64,000 nt of DNA. It comes from an uncultured Actinomycetota bacterium. Lineage in GTDB: Bacteria; Actinomycetota; Actinomycetes; JAFAQI01. Both the position numbers and the translations under genes were made by a program. The stretch is from positions 128,001-192,000 of the forward strand of contig CAVYQE010000010.1 of NCBI GenBank assembly GCA_963770565.1. Direction: 5' to 3'. Below are positions 33,310 through 43,429 of this stretch, piece after piece; within the stretch, counting starts at the first letter, position 1; every line of letters starts with the position of its first letter. The notes beneath the pieces were generated by a model. The model saw nothing but the letters and a program-made list of their open reading frames with translations. It made no database searches and was not told the DNA's origin.

Positions 33310-33783
33310 GTGAACGAGCTCACGGTGGTCGGGGTCCGGGTCGAGCTCCCGTCGAATCAACCCATCGTCCTGCTCAAAGAGGCCGCGGGGGACCGTTACT
33401 TACCGATCTGGATCGGGGCGGTCGAAGCCACCGCCATCGCCTTCGCCCAACAGGGCATCGTCCCGGCCCGTCCGCTCACCCATGACCTGCTCAAGGACAT
33501 CCTGCAGGCGGTCGGCGCCAGTCTTGACGCCGTGATGATCACTGAGCTTCGGGACGGCGTGTACTACGCGGACCTGCGCTTCGGCGACGGGACCTCGGTC
33601 TCGGCCCGCCCCTCGGATGCGATCGCGCTGGCGATCCGCGCCGGCACGGTCATCTACGCCGAAGAAGCGGTGCTCGACGCCGCCGGGATCACCATCCCGG
33701 ACGAGCAAGAGTCCGAGGTCGAGCGCTTCCGGGAGTTCCTGGACCAGATATCTCCCGAGGATTTTGAGACGGACGCCCCATAG
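33310..33783 (+). CDS. bifunctional nuclease family protein (DUF151)
   Basis: RYLPIWIGAVEA, RPLTHDL, SARPSDAIALA. Confidence 0.92.
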   Translation: MNELTVVGVRVELPSNQPIVLLKEAAGDRYLPIWIGAVEATAIAFAQQGIVPARPLTHDLLKDILQAVGASLDAVMITELRDGVYYADLRFGDGTSVSARPSDAIALAIRAGTVIYAEEAVLDAAGITIPDEQESEVERFREFLDQISPEDFETDAP

Positions 33784-33788
33784 GTAGT

Positions 33789-33805
33789 CTCAACTATGGG
33801 TTGAG
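33789..33805. promoter_or_regulatory. perfect palindrome CTCAAC-TATGG-GTTGAG
   Basis: Extends to TCTCAAC/GTTGAGA; just upstream of a sigmaA-like promoter. Confidence 0.7.
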
Positions 33806-33829
33806 AATAAGGACGCGCCGACCGAAGGA

Positions 33830-33858
33830 TTGACGGAGACACTCGGCGTGCCTAGCGT
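33830..33858 (+). promoter_or_regulatory. sigmaA-type promoter for the second MerR gene
   Basis: TTGACG-N17-TAGCGT. Confidence 0.6.
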
Positions 33859-33928
33859 CTCCCCGGTAATTCCAACCGTGGTGTTTGCGGCTGGCATGAG
33901 CAGTTCTCGGGCTTGGTCGGAGGCATGA

Positions 33929-34480
33929 GTGGCGAACGACGGCACACGAGGCACGCAGGGAGCATTGTTCGGCCGCGAGCAGGTCGGGGGCGACCCGATC
34001 GGATATCGCGGCCCTACGGCGTGCTCAGCCGCCGGGATCAGCTACCGCCAGCTCGACTACTGGGCCCGCACCGCGCTGGTCGAGCCGTCCGTCCGTCCCG
34101 CGAGCGGGTCCGGGAGCCAGCGGTTGTATTCCTTCCGCGACATCCTGACCCTCAAGGTTGTCAAGCGCCTGCTCGACACCGGCGTCTCGCTACCGAACAT
34201 CCGCCTCGCGGTCGCCCACCTGCGCGAGCGCGGAGACGAGGATCTCACCGGGATCACGCTGATGAGCGACGGAACGACGGTCTACGCCTGTACGTCGCCG
34301 GATGAGGTCATCGACCTGGTGCAGGGCGGCCAGGGCGTGTTCGGGATCGCCGTCGGCCGGGTCGTGACTGAAGTCGAGGGCCGGCTCGCCGAGCTGCCCT
34401 CCGAGCGGGCCGAGCCCGACCCGAACGCGACCACGAGCGACGAGCTTGCGGCGCGCCGCAAGCGCCGCAGCACCGCGTAG
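33929..34480 (+). CDS. MerR-family regulator, Rv1830-like
   Basis: GYRGPTACSAAGISYRQLDYWART, GSGSQRLYSFRD, GGQGVFGIA. Confidence 0.9.
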   Translation: MANDGTRGTQGALFGREQVGGDPIGYRGPTACSAAGISYRQLDYWARTALVEPSVRPASGSGSQRLYSFRDILTLKVVKRLLDTGVSLPNIRLAVAHLRERGDEDLTGITLMSDGTTVYACTSPDEVIDLVQGGQGVFGIAVGRVVTEVEGRLAELPSERAEPDPNATTSDELAARRKRRSTA

Positions 34481-34518
34481 TCGCAGACTTCGCTGCTAGC
34501 GTCGGGGTGTCTGATCAC

Positions 34519-34720
34519 CCCGCACGGGAGAGACCTCGGCACGCCAGTCCGAGGCGCCGAAGGAGCAACCTCCCCGGAACCTCTCAGGCAGACGGACCGC
34601 GCGGGCAGGGCACTCTGGAGAGCAGGCGCACCATGCGCCTCACCGACGGGGCAAGCCCGTGACTTGGCGTTGTCAGAGCGCCGGTTCGGGTGACACTCTC
34701 AGGTTCCGGTGACAGAGGGG
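34519..34720 (+). promoter_or_regulatory. tandem glycine riboswitch
   Basis: Two aptamers GGAGA...CCGAAGGAGCAA...CTCTCAGG and CTCTGGAGA...CCGACGGGGCAA...CTCTCAGG...GACAGAG upstream of gcvP. Confidence 0.93.
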
Positions 34721-34763
34721 GAGCCAGCGCCACGCCGCCCGGCGTGCGGCCCCGGAGGCTCTC

Positions 34764-37601
34764 ATGACCCCCGACTCGACGGCTCGTTTCGCCGATCGTC
34801 ACATCGGCCCGTCACCCGACGAGCAGGCCAAGATGCTCGCCGTCGTCGGGCATGGATCGCTGCACGACCTGGCCGCCGCCGCCCTTCCGGAATCGATCCT
34901 CAGCACCCAGGCGCTCGCGGTCCCGCCGGCCGGCTCCGAGGCGGAGATCCTCGCCGAGCTCCGGGACCGGGCCGCCCAGAACCGCCTCGTCACGTCGATG
35001 ATCGGGCTCGGCTGGCACGACACGATCACCCCGCCCGTCCTGCTTCGCGGCATCCTCGAGGACCCGGGTTGGTACACCGCCTACACGCCCTACCAACCCG
35101 AGATCTCCCAGGGCCGGCTCGAGGCATTGCTCAACTTCCAGACCCTGGTTTCGGACCTGACCGGGCTGCCGGTGGCGGGGGCCTCGTTGCTCGATGAGTC
35201 GACAGCAGCAGCTGAGGCTATGTCGTTGTGCCGACGTAGCTCTAAGTCGACAAGTAACCGCTTCATTGTCGACTCGGGTTGTCATCCGCACACGCTCGGC
35301 GTGCTCCACACCCGCGCTCAGCCGATCGGGCTCGAGCTGGTCGTCGCGGACCTCAGTGACGAGGTTCCGGACGGCGATTTCTTCGGCATTCTGGTCGCAT
35401 ATCCGGGCTCGACCGGGGCGGTCTTCGGACTGGACCCCGTGGTCACCGCGGCCCACGAGCATGGCGCCTTGGTCGCGGTCACGACCGACCTGCTGGCCCT
35501 GACCCTGCTCCGGTCACCAGGGGAGTGGGGAGCCGACATCGCGGTCGGCTCGGCCCAGCGGCTCGGCGTCCCGCTCGGGTTCGGCGGTCCGCACGCCGGC
35601 TTCATGGCGGTGCGCGCCGGTCTCGAGCGCGGCCTGCCCGGCCGGCTGGTCGGGGTCAGCGTCGACGCCGACGGCGCACCCGCCTACCGCCTCGCCCTGC
35701 AGACCCGCGAGCAGCACATCCGCCGGGAAAAGGCCACCAGCAACATCTGCACCGCCCAGGTCCTACTCGCCGTCGTCGCCGCCTGCTACGCCGCCTACCA
35801 CGGCCCCGCTGGCCTGACCGCGATCGCGACCCGGATCCACGGCCACGCGGCCCGGCTTGCTGCCGCGCTTCGCGCCGGGGGCATCGAGGTGCCGGCCGAC
35901 GTGGTGTTCGACACGGTCGCCGTCGCCGTCCCGGGTCGCGCGGACGAGGTCGTGGCAGCCGCGCTGACCGGCGGGATCAACCTGCGGAGGATCGACGCCG
36001 ACAGGGTCGGGGTCAGCTGCGACGAGTGCACGACGACCGACCACGTCACGGCGGTCCTCGCCGCGTTCGGCGTACCGGAGGTGCCGTCGGGGGACGCCGG
36101 CTCGATCCCGGCTGAGCTGCGCCGGACGACGCCGTTCCTGACCCACCCGGTCTTCTCGGCGCACCACTCCGAGACCGAGATGATGCGCTACCTGCGCCGG
36201 CTCTCCGACCGCGACCTGGCGCTCGACCGGTCGATGATCCCGCTCGGCTCGTGCACGATGAAGCTCAACGCCGCGGCCGAGATGGAGCCGATCACCTGGC
36301 CTGAGTTCGCCGGGATCCATCCGTTCGCACCGCTCGACCAGGCCGCCGGGCACCTCGCGATCATCCACGACCTCGAGCAGTGGTTGGCCACGATCACCGG
36401 GTACGACGCGGTGTCGCTGCAGCCCAACGCCGGGTCACAAGGCGAGTTCGCCGGCTTGCTGGCAATCCGGGCCTACCACCGCGATCGGGGCGCTACCGAG
36501 CGCGACGTCTGCCTGATCCCGTCCTCGGCGCACGGCACCAACGCGGCCAGCGCGGCGATGGCGGGGATGCGGGTCGTGGTGGTCGAGTGCGACGACGCCG
36601 GCAACGTCAGCCTCGACGACCTTCGCACGAAGATCGCCACTCACCACGACCGGCTCGCGGCCATCATGGTCACCTACCCGTCCACCCACGGCGTCTTCGA
36701 GTCGGGCATCACCGAGCTGTGCGGGCTGGTTCACGACGCGGGCGGCCAGGTATACGTCGACGGCGCCAACCTCAACGCGCTGGTCGGCCTCTCGAAGCCC
36801 GGCCAGTTCGGCGCCGACGTGTCGCATCTGAACCTGCACAAGACGTTCTGCATCCCGCACGGCGGTGGCGGTCCCGGCGTCGGCCCAGTGGCCGTCCGGG
36901 ACCACCTCGCGCCGTACCTGCCCAACCACCCGCTCGTGCCGTCCGCCGGCCCGGCGACCGGCATCGGCCCGGTCTCGGGTGCGCCGTGGGGCTCGGCCGG
37001 CATCCTGCCGATTCCGTGGGCCTACATCCGGCTGATGGGCCCGGACGGACTCACCGAGGCCACCGAGGTCGCCCTGCTCTCGGCCAACTACATCGCCCGG
37101 CGGCTATCCGCGCACTACCCGGTTCTCTACACCGGCCGCGGCGGACTGGTCGCGCATGAGTGCATCGTCGACGTCCGCCCGATCACCAAGGCGACCGGTG
37201 TCACCGTCGAGGACATCGCGAAGCGGCTGATCGACTACGGCTTCCACGCGCCGACCATGTCGTTCCCGGTGGCCGGCACGCTCATGATCGAGCCGACCGA
37301 GTCGGAGGGCCTCGCCGAGCTCGACCGGTTCTGCGACGCGATGATCGACATCCGCGCGGAGATCGAGCGGGTCGGGTCAGGGGAGTGGCCCGCCGACGAC
37401 AACCCGCTGCACAACGCGCCGCACACCGCGGCCTTCCTACTCCGCGAGTGGACCTCGCCGTATGGCCGGGAGCTGGCGGCGTACCCGCAGCGACGGCTGC
37501 GCCAGGACAAGTACTGGCCACCGGTACGACGGATCGATCAGGGTTACGGCGACCGCCACCTCACCTGCAGCTGCCCGCCGATCGAGGCCTACGCCGAGTA
37601 G
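34764..37601 (+). CDS. gcvP: glycine dehydrogenase (decarboxylating)
   Basis: [60 protein letters not shown]. Confidence 0.98.
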   Translation: MTPDSTARFADRHIGPSPDEQAKMLAVVGHGSLHDLAAAALPESILSTQALAVPPAGSEAEILAELRDRAAQNRLVTSMIGLGWHDTITPPVLLRGILEDPGWYTAYTPYQPEISQGRLEALLNFQTLVSDLTGLPVAGASLLDESTAAAEAMSLCRRSSKSTSNRFIVDSGCHPHTLGVLHTRAQPIGLELVVADLSDEVPDGDFFGILVAYPGSTGAVFGLDPVVTAAHEHGALVAVTTDLLALTLLRSPGEWGADIAVGSAQRLGVPLGFGGPHAGFMAVRAGLERGLPGRLVGVSVDADGAPAYRLALQTREQHIRREKATSNICTAQVLLAVVAACYAAYHGPAGLTAIATRIHGHAARLAAALRAGGIEVPADVVFDTVAVAVPGRADEVVAAALTGGINLRRIDADRVGVSCDECTTTDHVTAVLAAFGVPEVPSGDAGSIPAELRRTTPFLTHPVFSAHHSETEMMRYLRRLSDRDLALDRSMIPLGSCTMKLNAAAEMEPITWPEFAGIHPFAPLDQAAGHLAIIHDLEQWLATITGYDAVSLQPNAGSQGEFAGLLAIRAYHRDRGATERDVCLIPSSAHGTNAASAAMAGMRVVVVECDDAGNVSLDDLRTKIATHHDRLAAIMVTYPSTHGVFESGITELCGLVHDAGGQVYVDGANLNALVGLSKPGQFGADVSHLNLHKTFCIPHGGGGPGVGPVAVRDHLAPYLPNHPLVPSAGPATGIGPVSGAPWGSAGILPIPWAYIRLMGPDGLTEATEVALLSANYIARRLSAHYPVLYTGRGGLVAHECIVDVRPITKATGVTVEDIAKRLIDYGFHAPTMSFPVAGTLMIEPTESEGLAELDRFCDAMIDIRAEIERVGSGEWPADDNPLHNAPHTAAFLLREWTSPYGRELAAYPQRRLRQDKYWPPVRRIDQGYGDRHLTCSCPPIEAYAE

Positions 37602-37613
37602 GGAGTGCGGCCC

Positions 37614-37820
37614 TCAGGCGGCGGAGACGCTGGCGAGGAACTGGGCCCGGCGCTGCGGCTCGATCACGCGGCCGTCGGGAAGCAGGTCACCCTCGTCGTC
37701 GAAGGTCACGACGCCGTTGCACAGCAGGCTCCAGCCCTGCTCCGGGTGGCTCGAGATCACCCGGGCTGCGTCGCGATCGACGGCATCCGAGGATGGGCAA
37801 GCCGGCCGGTGTCGGCACAT
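37614..37820 (-). CDS. DUF5999-like small protein
   Basis: MCRHRPACPSSDAVDRDAARVISSHPEQGWSLLCNGVVTFDDEGDLLPDG; typically found after gcvP. Confidence 0.85.
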   Translation of the reverse strand: MCRHRPACPSSDAVDRDAARVISSHPEQGWSLLCNGVVTFDDEGDLLPDGRVIEPQRRAQFLASVSAA

Positions 37821-37988
37821 CGGGTGCCTCCGCTTCGAGTCGTATGCCGGCAACGGGCGATGCCGACACTTCAATCTTCGGCGGAACACCCGGGTGTCCC
37901 GATAGGGAGTGTTGACCAAATGTGGATGGCTAGTTGGGGGCGAAAGGCTGTGCGGGATGGACCAAAGGTCGCTACTCCGTTTGCGACA

Positions 37989-38912
37989 ATGCCGCACGTG
38001 GACACGCTGAGAACGCCCGACGAACGATTCGCCGCCACCGATGCCTTCCCGTACGAGCCGGACTACGTCGAGGTCAGCGACGGCGACGGTGGCCGGCTGC
38101 GGATGGCGACGTACTCGGCCGGGCCGGCCGACGGGGAAGTGGTCCTGCTGCTGCACGGCGAACCGAGCTGGTCCTACCTCTACCGGCATGTCATGGCCAG
38201 GCTCGCCGAAAGGGGGATCCGGAGCGTCGCGCTCGACCTGGTCGGGTTCGGCCGCTCCGACAAGCCGGTGGACGTCGCCGACCACAGCTACGCCCGGCAC
38301 GTCGAGTGGACCCGGGCCGCGGTCGTCGACCAGCTCGGCCTGTCCGGCGTCACAGTGGTCGGCCAGGACTGGGGTGGTCTGATCGGGCTGCGGATAGCCA
38401 CCGAGAATCCGGCGCTCGCGGCGCGGATCGTCGCCGCCAACACTGGCCTGCCCACGGGTGACCAGGCGATGCCGGACGTCTGGCTGATGTTCCGCCAGGC
38501 GGTCGAGACGGCCGAAGTGCTCGACATCGGGAGGTTCGTCGCCTCCGGCTGCCGGAAGGGCCTCAACGACCACGACCGGGCCGCCTACGACGCTCCCTTC
38601 GCCGAGGAGGCCGCAAAGGCCGGGCCGCGCGCCATGCCGGGCCTGGTGCCGACCGGTCCGGACGATCCGGCGTCCGCAGCGAACCGTACGGCGTGGCAGC
38701 GGCTGACCGAGTGGGATCGGCCGTTCCTGGTGGCCTTCAGCGACGGTGACCCGATCACCGGCGGGATGGCCGGGATCTTCCGGTCGGTGGTGCCGACCGC
38801 TGCAGACGAGCCCGAGGTGGTGCTGGCCGGCGGCGGACACTTCCTCCAGGAGGACTGCGGAGCGGAGTTAGCCGACGCGATCGCCGACTTCATCGAACGG
38901 CACCCCGTCTAG
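37989..38912 (+). CDS. haloalkane dehalogenase (alpha/beta hydrolase)
   Basis: LRTPDERF, HGEPSWSYLY, GFGRSDKP, nucleophile elbow GQDWGG, GHFLQED. Confidence 0.92.
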   Translation: MPHVDTLRTPDERFAATDAFPYEPDYVEVSDGDGGRLRMATYSAGPADGEVVLLLHGEPSWSYLYRHVMARLAERGIRSVALDLVGFGRSDKPVDVADHSYARHVEWTRAAVVDQLGLSGVTVVGQDWGGLIGLRIATENPALAARIVAANTGLPTGDQAMPDVWLMFRQAVETAEVLDIGRFVASGCRKGLNDHDRAAYDAPFAEEAAKAGPRAMPGLVPTGPDDPASAANRTAWQRLTEWDRPFLVAFSDGDPITGGMAGIFRSVVPTAADEPEVVLAGGGHFLQEDCGAELADAIADFIERHPV

Positions 38913-38953
38913 CTCCGCTCTGGTTGATGCTCGGGGCGTCGATCACTCGCGAC

Positions 38954-39748
38954 CTAGCGGGCCGGTAGGTGCCCGGAGACGATCGTTAGGAGCGTCGCGT
39001 GCACCTCGTGGTCGGAGGCCACGATGGCGCCGGCGCCGGTGTGAAGCGGTTGGCCCCGAAGATCCGTGATCACACAGCCCGCGGCACGGGTGAGCGCGAG
39101 ACCGGCCGTGAAGTGAACACTGCCGCGGAGATCGCCGTCTGTGACGTAGGCAGCGCGTCGGCCCACCGCGACCCAGGCAACAGGCAGCGTCGTCGACGAG
39201 ACCCTCAGACCGAACGCTGCGCGCAGTGCGTGGTCGGCCAGGAGCTGGGGACCGAGAAACCCCCCATCCGCGGGCCCGTCGATGTTGATGTCGACCAACC
39301 TCGAGTCACTCGAGGGCACGGCCGGCGAGTCCATGCCGGCTCGACGCACCCAGGCCGACACTCCGTCCGTCCAGAAGGTCTCCCGGGACAGCGGTTGCAC
39401 AACGGCCGCCGCAACCGTCTCATCGTGGTCCACCAGCGCGACGTTGACCGAGAAGAGCGGCGTCTGTGCCGCAAAGTTCACCGTGCCGCAGAGCGGGTCC
39501 ACCAACCATCGTCGAGCCGCAGGGGAGTCGCCGGTCGAGCCGTACTCCTCGCCCTCAACCGCGTCGGCCGGCCGGGCCGCTCGGATCGTCTCGACAATCT
39601 GCCGCTCGGCTTCCAGGTCGGCATCGGTCGCGAAATCCGTTGGCGACTTGTCGTGTCGCACCAGGATGCCGCCGTACTTCGCCAGGACGACGGACGCGCC
39701 CGCCTCGGCGGCGCTGATCGCAATCTCCGGGTCCGATGCCTCGGCAAC
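38954..39748 (-). CDS. inositol monophosphatase family protein
   Basis: DFATDADLEAE, GEE, WLVDPLCGTVNF, AAGCVITDLRG; start uncertain. Confidence 0.85.
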   Translation of the reverse strand, partial: VAEASDPEIAISAAEAGASVVLAKYGGILVRHDKSPTDFATDADLEAERQIVETIRAARPADAVEGEEYGSTGDSPAARRWLVDPLCGTVNFAAQTPLFSVNVALVDHDETVAAAVVQPLSRETFWTDGVSAWVRRAGMDSPAVPSSDSRLVDINIDGPADGGFLGPQLLADHALRAAFGLRVSSTTLPVAWVAVGRRAAYVTDGDLRGSVHFTAGLALTRAAGCVITDLRGQPLHTGAGAIVASDHEVHATLLTIVSGHLPAR

Positions 39749-39848
39749 ACTGGGATGATCCACCTGTCCATCCAACCGTTGCCGGTCGATTAGGCGGTTC
39801 GGGGGGCCGTGGTCGGGGGATCCGATCACCCCAGGGTCAATCTGGACT

Positions 39849-39876
39849 ACTTGACATAATGTCCATTATCGGCGAT
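39849..39876 (-). other. chromosomal dif site (XerC/XerD recombination site)
   Basis: Minus strand ATCGCCGATAA-TGGACA-TTATGTCAAGT: 11-6-11 layout, XerD arm close to E. coli TTATGTTAAAT; intergenic; gene strand bias flips here. Confidence 0.88.
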
Positions 39877-39976
39877 CTAGTAATCTGGGCCTGCGCGGAC
39901 GAACCGCACTTCTGACCGAACCGGCGGGTCACGTCGCGCGTCTTATCTATTGACGGGCGGACCCAACCGCTTCGTG

Positions 39977-40004
39977 GGAATCCACGAACCACCTAGTGGC
40001 GTTG
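39977..40004 (+). promoter_or_regulatory. SigR/SigH-type promoter upstream of rbpA
   Basis: GGAAT-N19-GTTG; rbpA is a known sigmaR target in Streptomyces. Confidence 0.6.
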
Positions 40005-40038
40005 CACTGCGTAGACGCCGACAACGCCAGGAGGCGAC

Positions 40039-40383
40039 ATGGCTGATCGAGTTCTGCGCGGCAGCCGGCTCGGCACGACGAGTTACGAGACGGACCGCAA
40101 TACGGACCTTGCGCCGCGGCGCGAGGTCGTCTACGACTGCCTGAACGGGCACGAGACTCGGATGCCGATGGCGGTGGACGCCGAGCTTCCGGCTACCTGG
40201 GAGTGCCGCACCTGCGGTGCGACCGCTCAGCTTCGCGACGGCGAGGTGCCGGCGCAGCGAGCCGGCAAGCCGGTCCGCACCCACTGGGACATGCTGCTCG
40301 AGCGGCGCTCGCTCGACGACCTGGAAGACGTGCTCAACGAGCGGCTGGCCGAGCTCCGGCCGCGGCCGCGCAAGTCCGCCTGA
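40039..40383 (+). CDS. rbpA: RNA polymerase-binding protein RbpA
   Basis: LRGSRLG..SYETDR, C-x2-GH...WECxxCG, RTHWDMLLERRS; SD AGGAGG. Confidence 0.97.
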   Translation: MADRVLRGSRLGTTSYETDRNTDLAPRREVVYDCLNGHETRMPMAVDAELPATWECRTCGATAQLRDGEVPAQRAGKPVRTHWDMLLERRSLDDLEDVLNERLAELRPRPRKSA

Positions 40384-40415
40384 CCCACCGACCCCCGGAT
40401 TGAGCGGTGGTGGCC

Positions 40416-42002
40416 CTACTGGGTCGCCACCGCTCGATTCGTCTCAGGGGTCGAGTAGAGGTCGAGACCTGGTTTCGCTTGTCCGGCATGACGTCGTACC
40501 AAGCCGAGGACAACGGCAAGCAGGCCCAGTGCGCTGAGGATCCACTCCGGCCAGGGGCCGACCCGGTCCGCGATCGTCAGCGGGTCGCGCAGCGGCAGCC
40601 GCCGATCGAGATACGCCGGGGCAAACACCGGCGTTCTGGCCAGGACCTTGCCGTTCGGCGCGATCATCGCGCTCACCCCACTGGTCGCCGCCACGACCAC
40701 CGCGCGGCCGTGCTCGACCGCGCGAAGCCGGGAGATCGCCAGCTGCTGTGCCGTCTCCCCGCCGTTGCCGCTGTCGCCGACGTGCTCGTACGAGGCGTTG
40801 TTGGTCTGCACCACCAGCAGCCGGCCACCGCCGGTGATCGACTGGCGGACCACCGCGTCGTCGGCGATCTCGAAGCAGATCGTGTCACCGATCGAGGTGC
40901 CGTCGATCGCGAGCACGCCCGGCCGATGGCCGGGCACGAAATCCTTCGCGATCAGCTTGAACTTCGGGAACAACCGGGTCAGCACGCCGCGAAACGGCAG
41001 GTACTCCCCGAACGGCACGAGGTGGCGCTTGATGTAGATCTGGCCCGGCCCGGTCGTCGGTGACCACACGAAGCCGGCGTTCTGGACATGGGTCGGGCCG
41101 GGTCCGTCGAGGACGGCGCCCACCAGGATCGGGACGCCGACCGCGGCGGCCGCAGTGTCGATCTCCGAGCGCGACTCGGCGTCCACCCTGGGGTCGAGGT
41201 CATCGGAGTTCTCCGGCCAGATCACGAAGTCCGGCCGCGGCGCCGCGCCGGCCGCGATCTGCCCGGCCAGCACCTCGGTCTCGGCCAGGTGGTTGGCCGT
41301 GACCGCGTGCCGCTGGGCGAAGGCGTCGAGCCCGAGCCGCGGCACATTTCCCTGCACGGCCGCCACCACCACTGACGACGGTGCTCCCCCGCGCGACGTG
41401 CCGCCGGTCGGCAGCTGGATCGCCAGCGGCGCAAGGACCACGACGGCGATCCCGGCCACCGCGGCCACGCTGCGGATCGACAGCCGGACGTTCACCGCCA
41501 GGTAGGCCAGCGCTCCCCCGCCGAGCGCCACCGCGAAGGTCACCAGCGGCGCTCCGCCCAGGGCCGCGAGCCGGACCAGCGGGCCGCCGGCCTGACCGAA
41601 CGCCAGCCGGCCCCAGGGGAAGCCGTCGAAGGGCACCCGGTCCCGCAGGAACTCCTGGCCGACCCAGACCAGCGCGCTCGTCAGCGGCCACCACCGGCCC
41701 CGGAGCACGGCCCGAAGTGCGGGGGCCAGCCCGAGGAACCACAGCGACTCGATCACCGCCAAGCCGAACCAGGCATCCAGGCCATAACCGCGCAGGAAGC
41801 TCAACAGGGGCACCCACAGGCCCAGCCCGAACAGGTAGCCGTACATCGCGGTCGAGCGCCAGCTCGGCGCCCCCCGGAGCGTGAGTGCGAGCCCGGCAAC
41901 CCCGACGATCCCCGCCGGCCACCAGCCGAGCGGAGGGAACGAGGTCCAGACGGCGAGGCCCGAGAGCAGGGCGGCGCCACACCGGGGAATGTGTCGGATC
42001 AC
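40416..42002 (-). CDS. lnt: apolipoprotein N-acyltransferase
   Basis: GFPWGRL, VQGNV, IWPENS, KRHLVPFGEY, ICFE, QTNNASY, RAVEHGR. Confidence 0.95.
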   Translation of the reverse strand: MIRHIPRCGAALLSGLAVWTSFPPLGWWPAGIVGVAGLALTLRGAPSWRSTAMYGYLFGLGLWVPLLSFLRGYGLDAWFGLAVIESLWFLGLAPALRAVLRGRWWPLTSALVWVGQEFLRDRVPFDGFPWGRLAFGQAGGPLVRLAALGGAPLVTFAVALGGGALAYLAVNVRLSIRSVAAVAGIAVVVLAPLAIQLPTGGTSRGGAPSSVVVAAVQGNVPRLGLDAFAQRHAVTANHLAETEVLAGQIAAGAAPRPDFVIWPENSDDLDPRVDAESRSEIDTAAAAVGVPILVGAVLDGPGPTHVQNAGFVWSPTTGPGQIYIKRHLVPFGEYLPFRGVLTRLFPKFKLIAKDFVPGHRPGVLAIDGTSIGDTICFEIADDAVVRQSITGGGRLLVVQTNNASYEHVGDSGNGGETAQQLAISRLRAVEHGRAVVVAATSGVSAMIAPNGKVLARTPVFAPAYLDRRLPLRDPLTIADRVGPWPEWILSALGLLAVVLGLVRRHAGQAKPGLDLYSTPETNRAVATQ

Positions 42003-42077
42003 TACCGATCGGACGGTATCAATCGGGCCGCCCGGAACGGGTCACAACCGGATCACGTCGCCGTCACGCCAGGCGCG

Positions 42078-42326
42078 AGAAAGGCCCGGGTGCCCTTCGG
42101 ACCGCCGCGATGGCGACCGGCCGTCGCCGTGGCGGCGTTGTCTACTGGGCACCCGGGCCACTCCCGAGTAGCCGCACCACGCCCGGGGTGCCTCAGCGCC
42201 GACGGGCCGTCGACCAACTGGACCTGGCACCTGCTCGGCGCCGCGGGTGCACGCGGACTGCCGACCGGCCAGCTGGGTTCTCCGGTGTCGGACCGAGGAC
42301 GCTCGGGCGTCCCTGTGGTGGACGCC
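42078..42326 (-). ncRNA. putative structured non-coding RNA (~250 nt), family not recognised
   Basis: Promoter TTGACA-N19-TAGTTT (42361-42331); 5' hairpin GGCGTCC/GGACGCC; 3' 13-bp stem 42083-42095/42147-42159 enclosing a second stem, followed by TTTCTC. Confidence 0.55.
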
Positions 42327-42369
42327 AGGCAAACTAGCGGTATCCCCCGGGAGGCTGTCAACCGCCCTC

Positions 42370-42401
42370 TGACCTGCGGAAACGCACGAAGCCGCAGGTC
42401 A
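42370..42401. repeat. 10-bp inverted repeat TGACCTGCGG/CCGCAGGTCA
   Basis: Read directly; intergenic hairpin. Confidence 0.6.
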
Positions 42402-42568
42402 ACGCCATGATCGATGATCATCAAAACCTTGGGCCCAACCTGATCGGAGCAACGCCGGCACCCGCCCGGGTCGGAGGCCGGCCGCTGCACCCGCGACCGG
42501 TCGCTCCGCGGCCGACTCGACCGTACGACGAGCCGAGGCCCAGTCAGTCCGCTTGTATGCTCCTTGAT

Positions 42569-42585
42569 CTCAACCTAAGGTCGAG
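42569..42585. promoter_or_regulatory. 17-bp motif CTCAAC-CTAAG-GTCGAG
   Basis: Read directly; just past the lrp stop; extends to TCTCAAC/GTCGAGA. Confidence 0.6.
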
Positions 42586-42589
42586 AGTG

Positions 42590-43030
42590 TTAAAGCGCGA
42601 GCGGCCGATCTTCGTAAGGCGTGGAAAGCACCACTGTGGTCCGGGTGGACACGTTGGCGGCCGCGCGGATCTCCTGCAGGAGCAGCTCGAGGTCGGCCGG
42701 TGAGCCGGTCCGCACCTTCAGGATGTAGCTCTCCTCCCCCGCAACGCTGTAGCAAGCCTCGATCGCACCGAGATGGGAGAGCCGGTCGGGAGCGTCGTCA
42801 GGCGCGCTGGGGTCGATCGGCTTGATCGAGACGAAGGCGGTCAGCGCCAGGCCGAGTGCGACCGGGTCGGCGATCGTGCGATAGCCGCGCAGCACCCCAC
42901 GCTGCTCGAGCCGGCGTACCCGTTGGTGCACAGCGGAGACCGAAAGCCCGGTTTCCCGGGACAAATCGGTAAAACTTCGGCGGCCGTCCTGGCTCAACAG
43001 CCGGACAATTGCGCGGTCGACGTCCTCCAC
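42590..43030 (-). CDS. Lrp/AsnC family regulator
   Basis: DRAIVRLLSQDGRRSFTDL...SAVHQRVRRLE, CYSVAGEESYILKV. Confidence 0.95.
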   Translation of the reverse strand: MEDVDRAIVRLLSQDGRRSFTDLSRETGLSVSAVHQRVRRLEQRGVLRGYRTIADPVALGLALTAFVSIKPIDPSAPDDAPDRLSHLGAIEACYSVAGEESYILKVRTGSPADLELLLQEIRAAANVSTRTTVVLSTPYEDRPLAL

Positions 43031-43429
43031 GAACGCAAACCTTAGGGCATCAACGCGCGAAGCTTGCGAAATTTACGTTGACGGGTACGGCGGGGACGCC
43101 ACGCTGCCCACCATCCTCGAATGAACGAGGATGAACGAGGCGTGCCCCGCCGACCTGTCCAGGACCGTGCGCATTGAGTGCTCCCGCCCACAGGGCTGTT
43201 ACGCCCACCGGCCGGGTCGGTCTCGCCACTCACTCCCCGAGCAACCTAGGCGACCGTTTGTCTCCGTGCCCCCGGCGCGCGTAAACGCGCCAAGCGCCGG
43301 TGAGGGCCGCTCGGATCACCGTGTCCCGTATGTCCCCAGCGGTTGCTGGTGACAACTACCGATTCGACCGCTCCGTCCGACGGCTTGAGTCGGCGTGCGG
43401 GTGAGCGCGAATCGGCTAGTGATGGGGAC

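Noticed and set aside
33789-33805. Palindrome as an HspR HAIR operator
   Set aside because: HAIR is CTTGAGT-N7-ACTCAAG, with opposite arm orientation and different spacing; no chaperone genes nearby
41881-42490. Short ORFs between lnt and lrp
   Set aside because: No motifs and conflicting frames; RNA structure and promoter explain the region better
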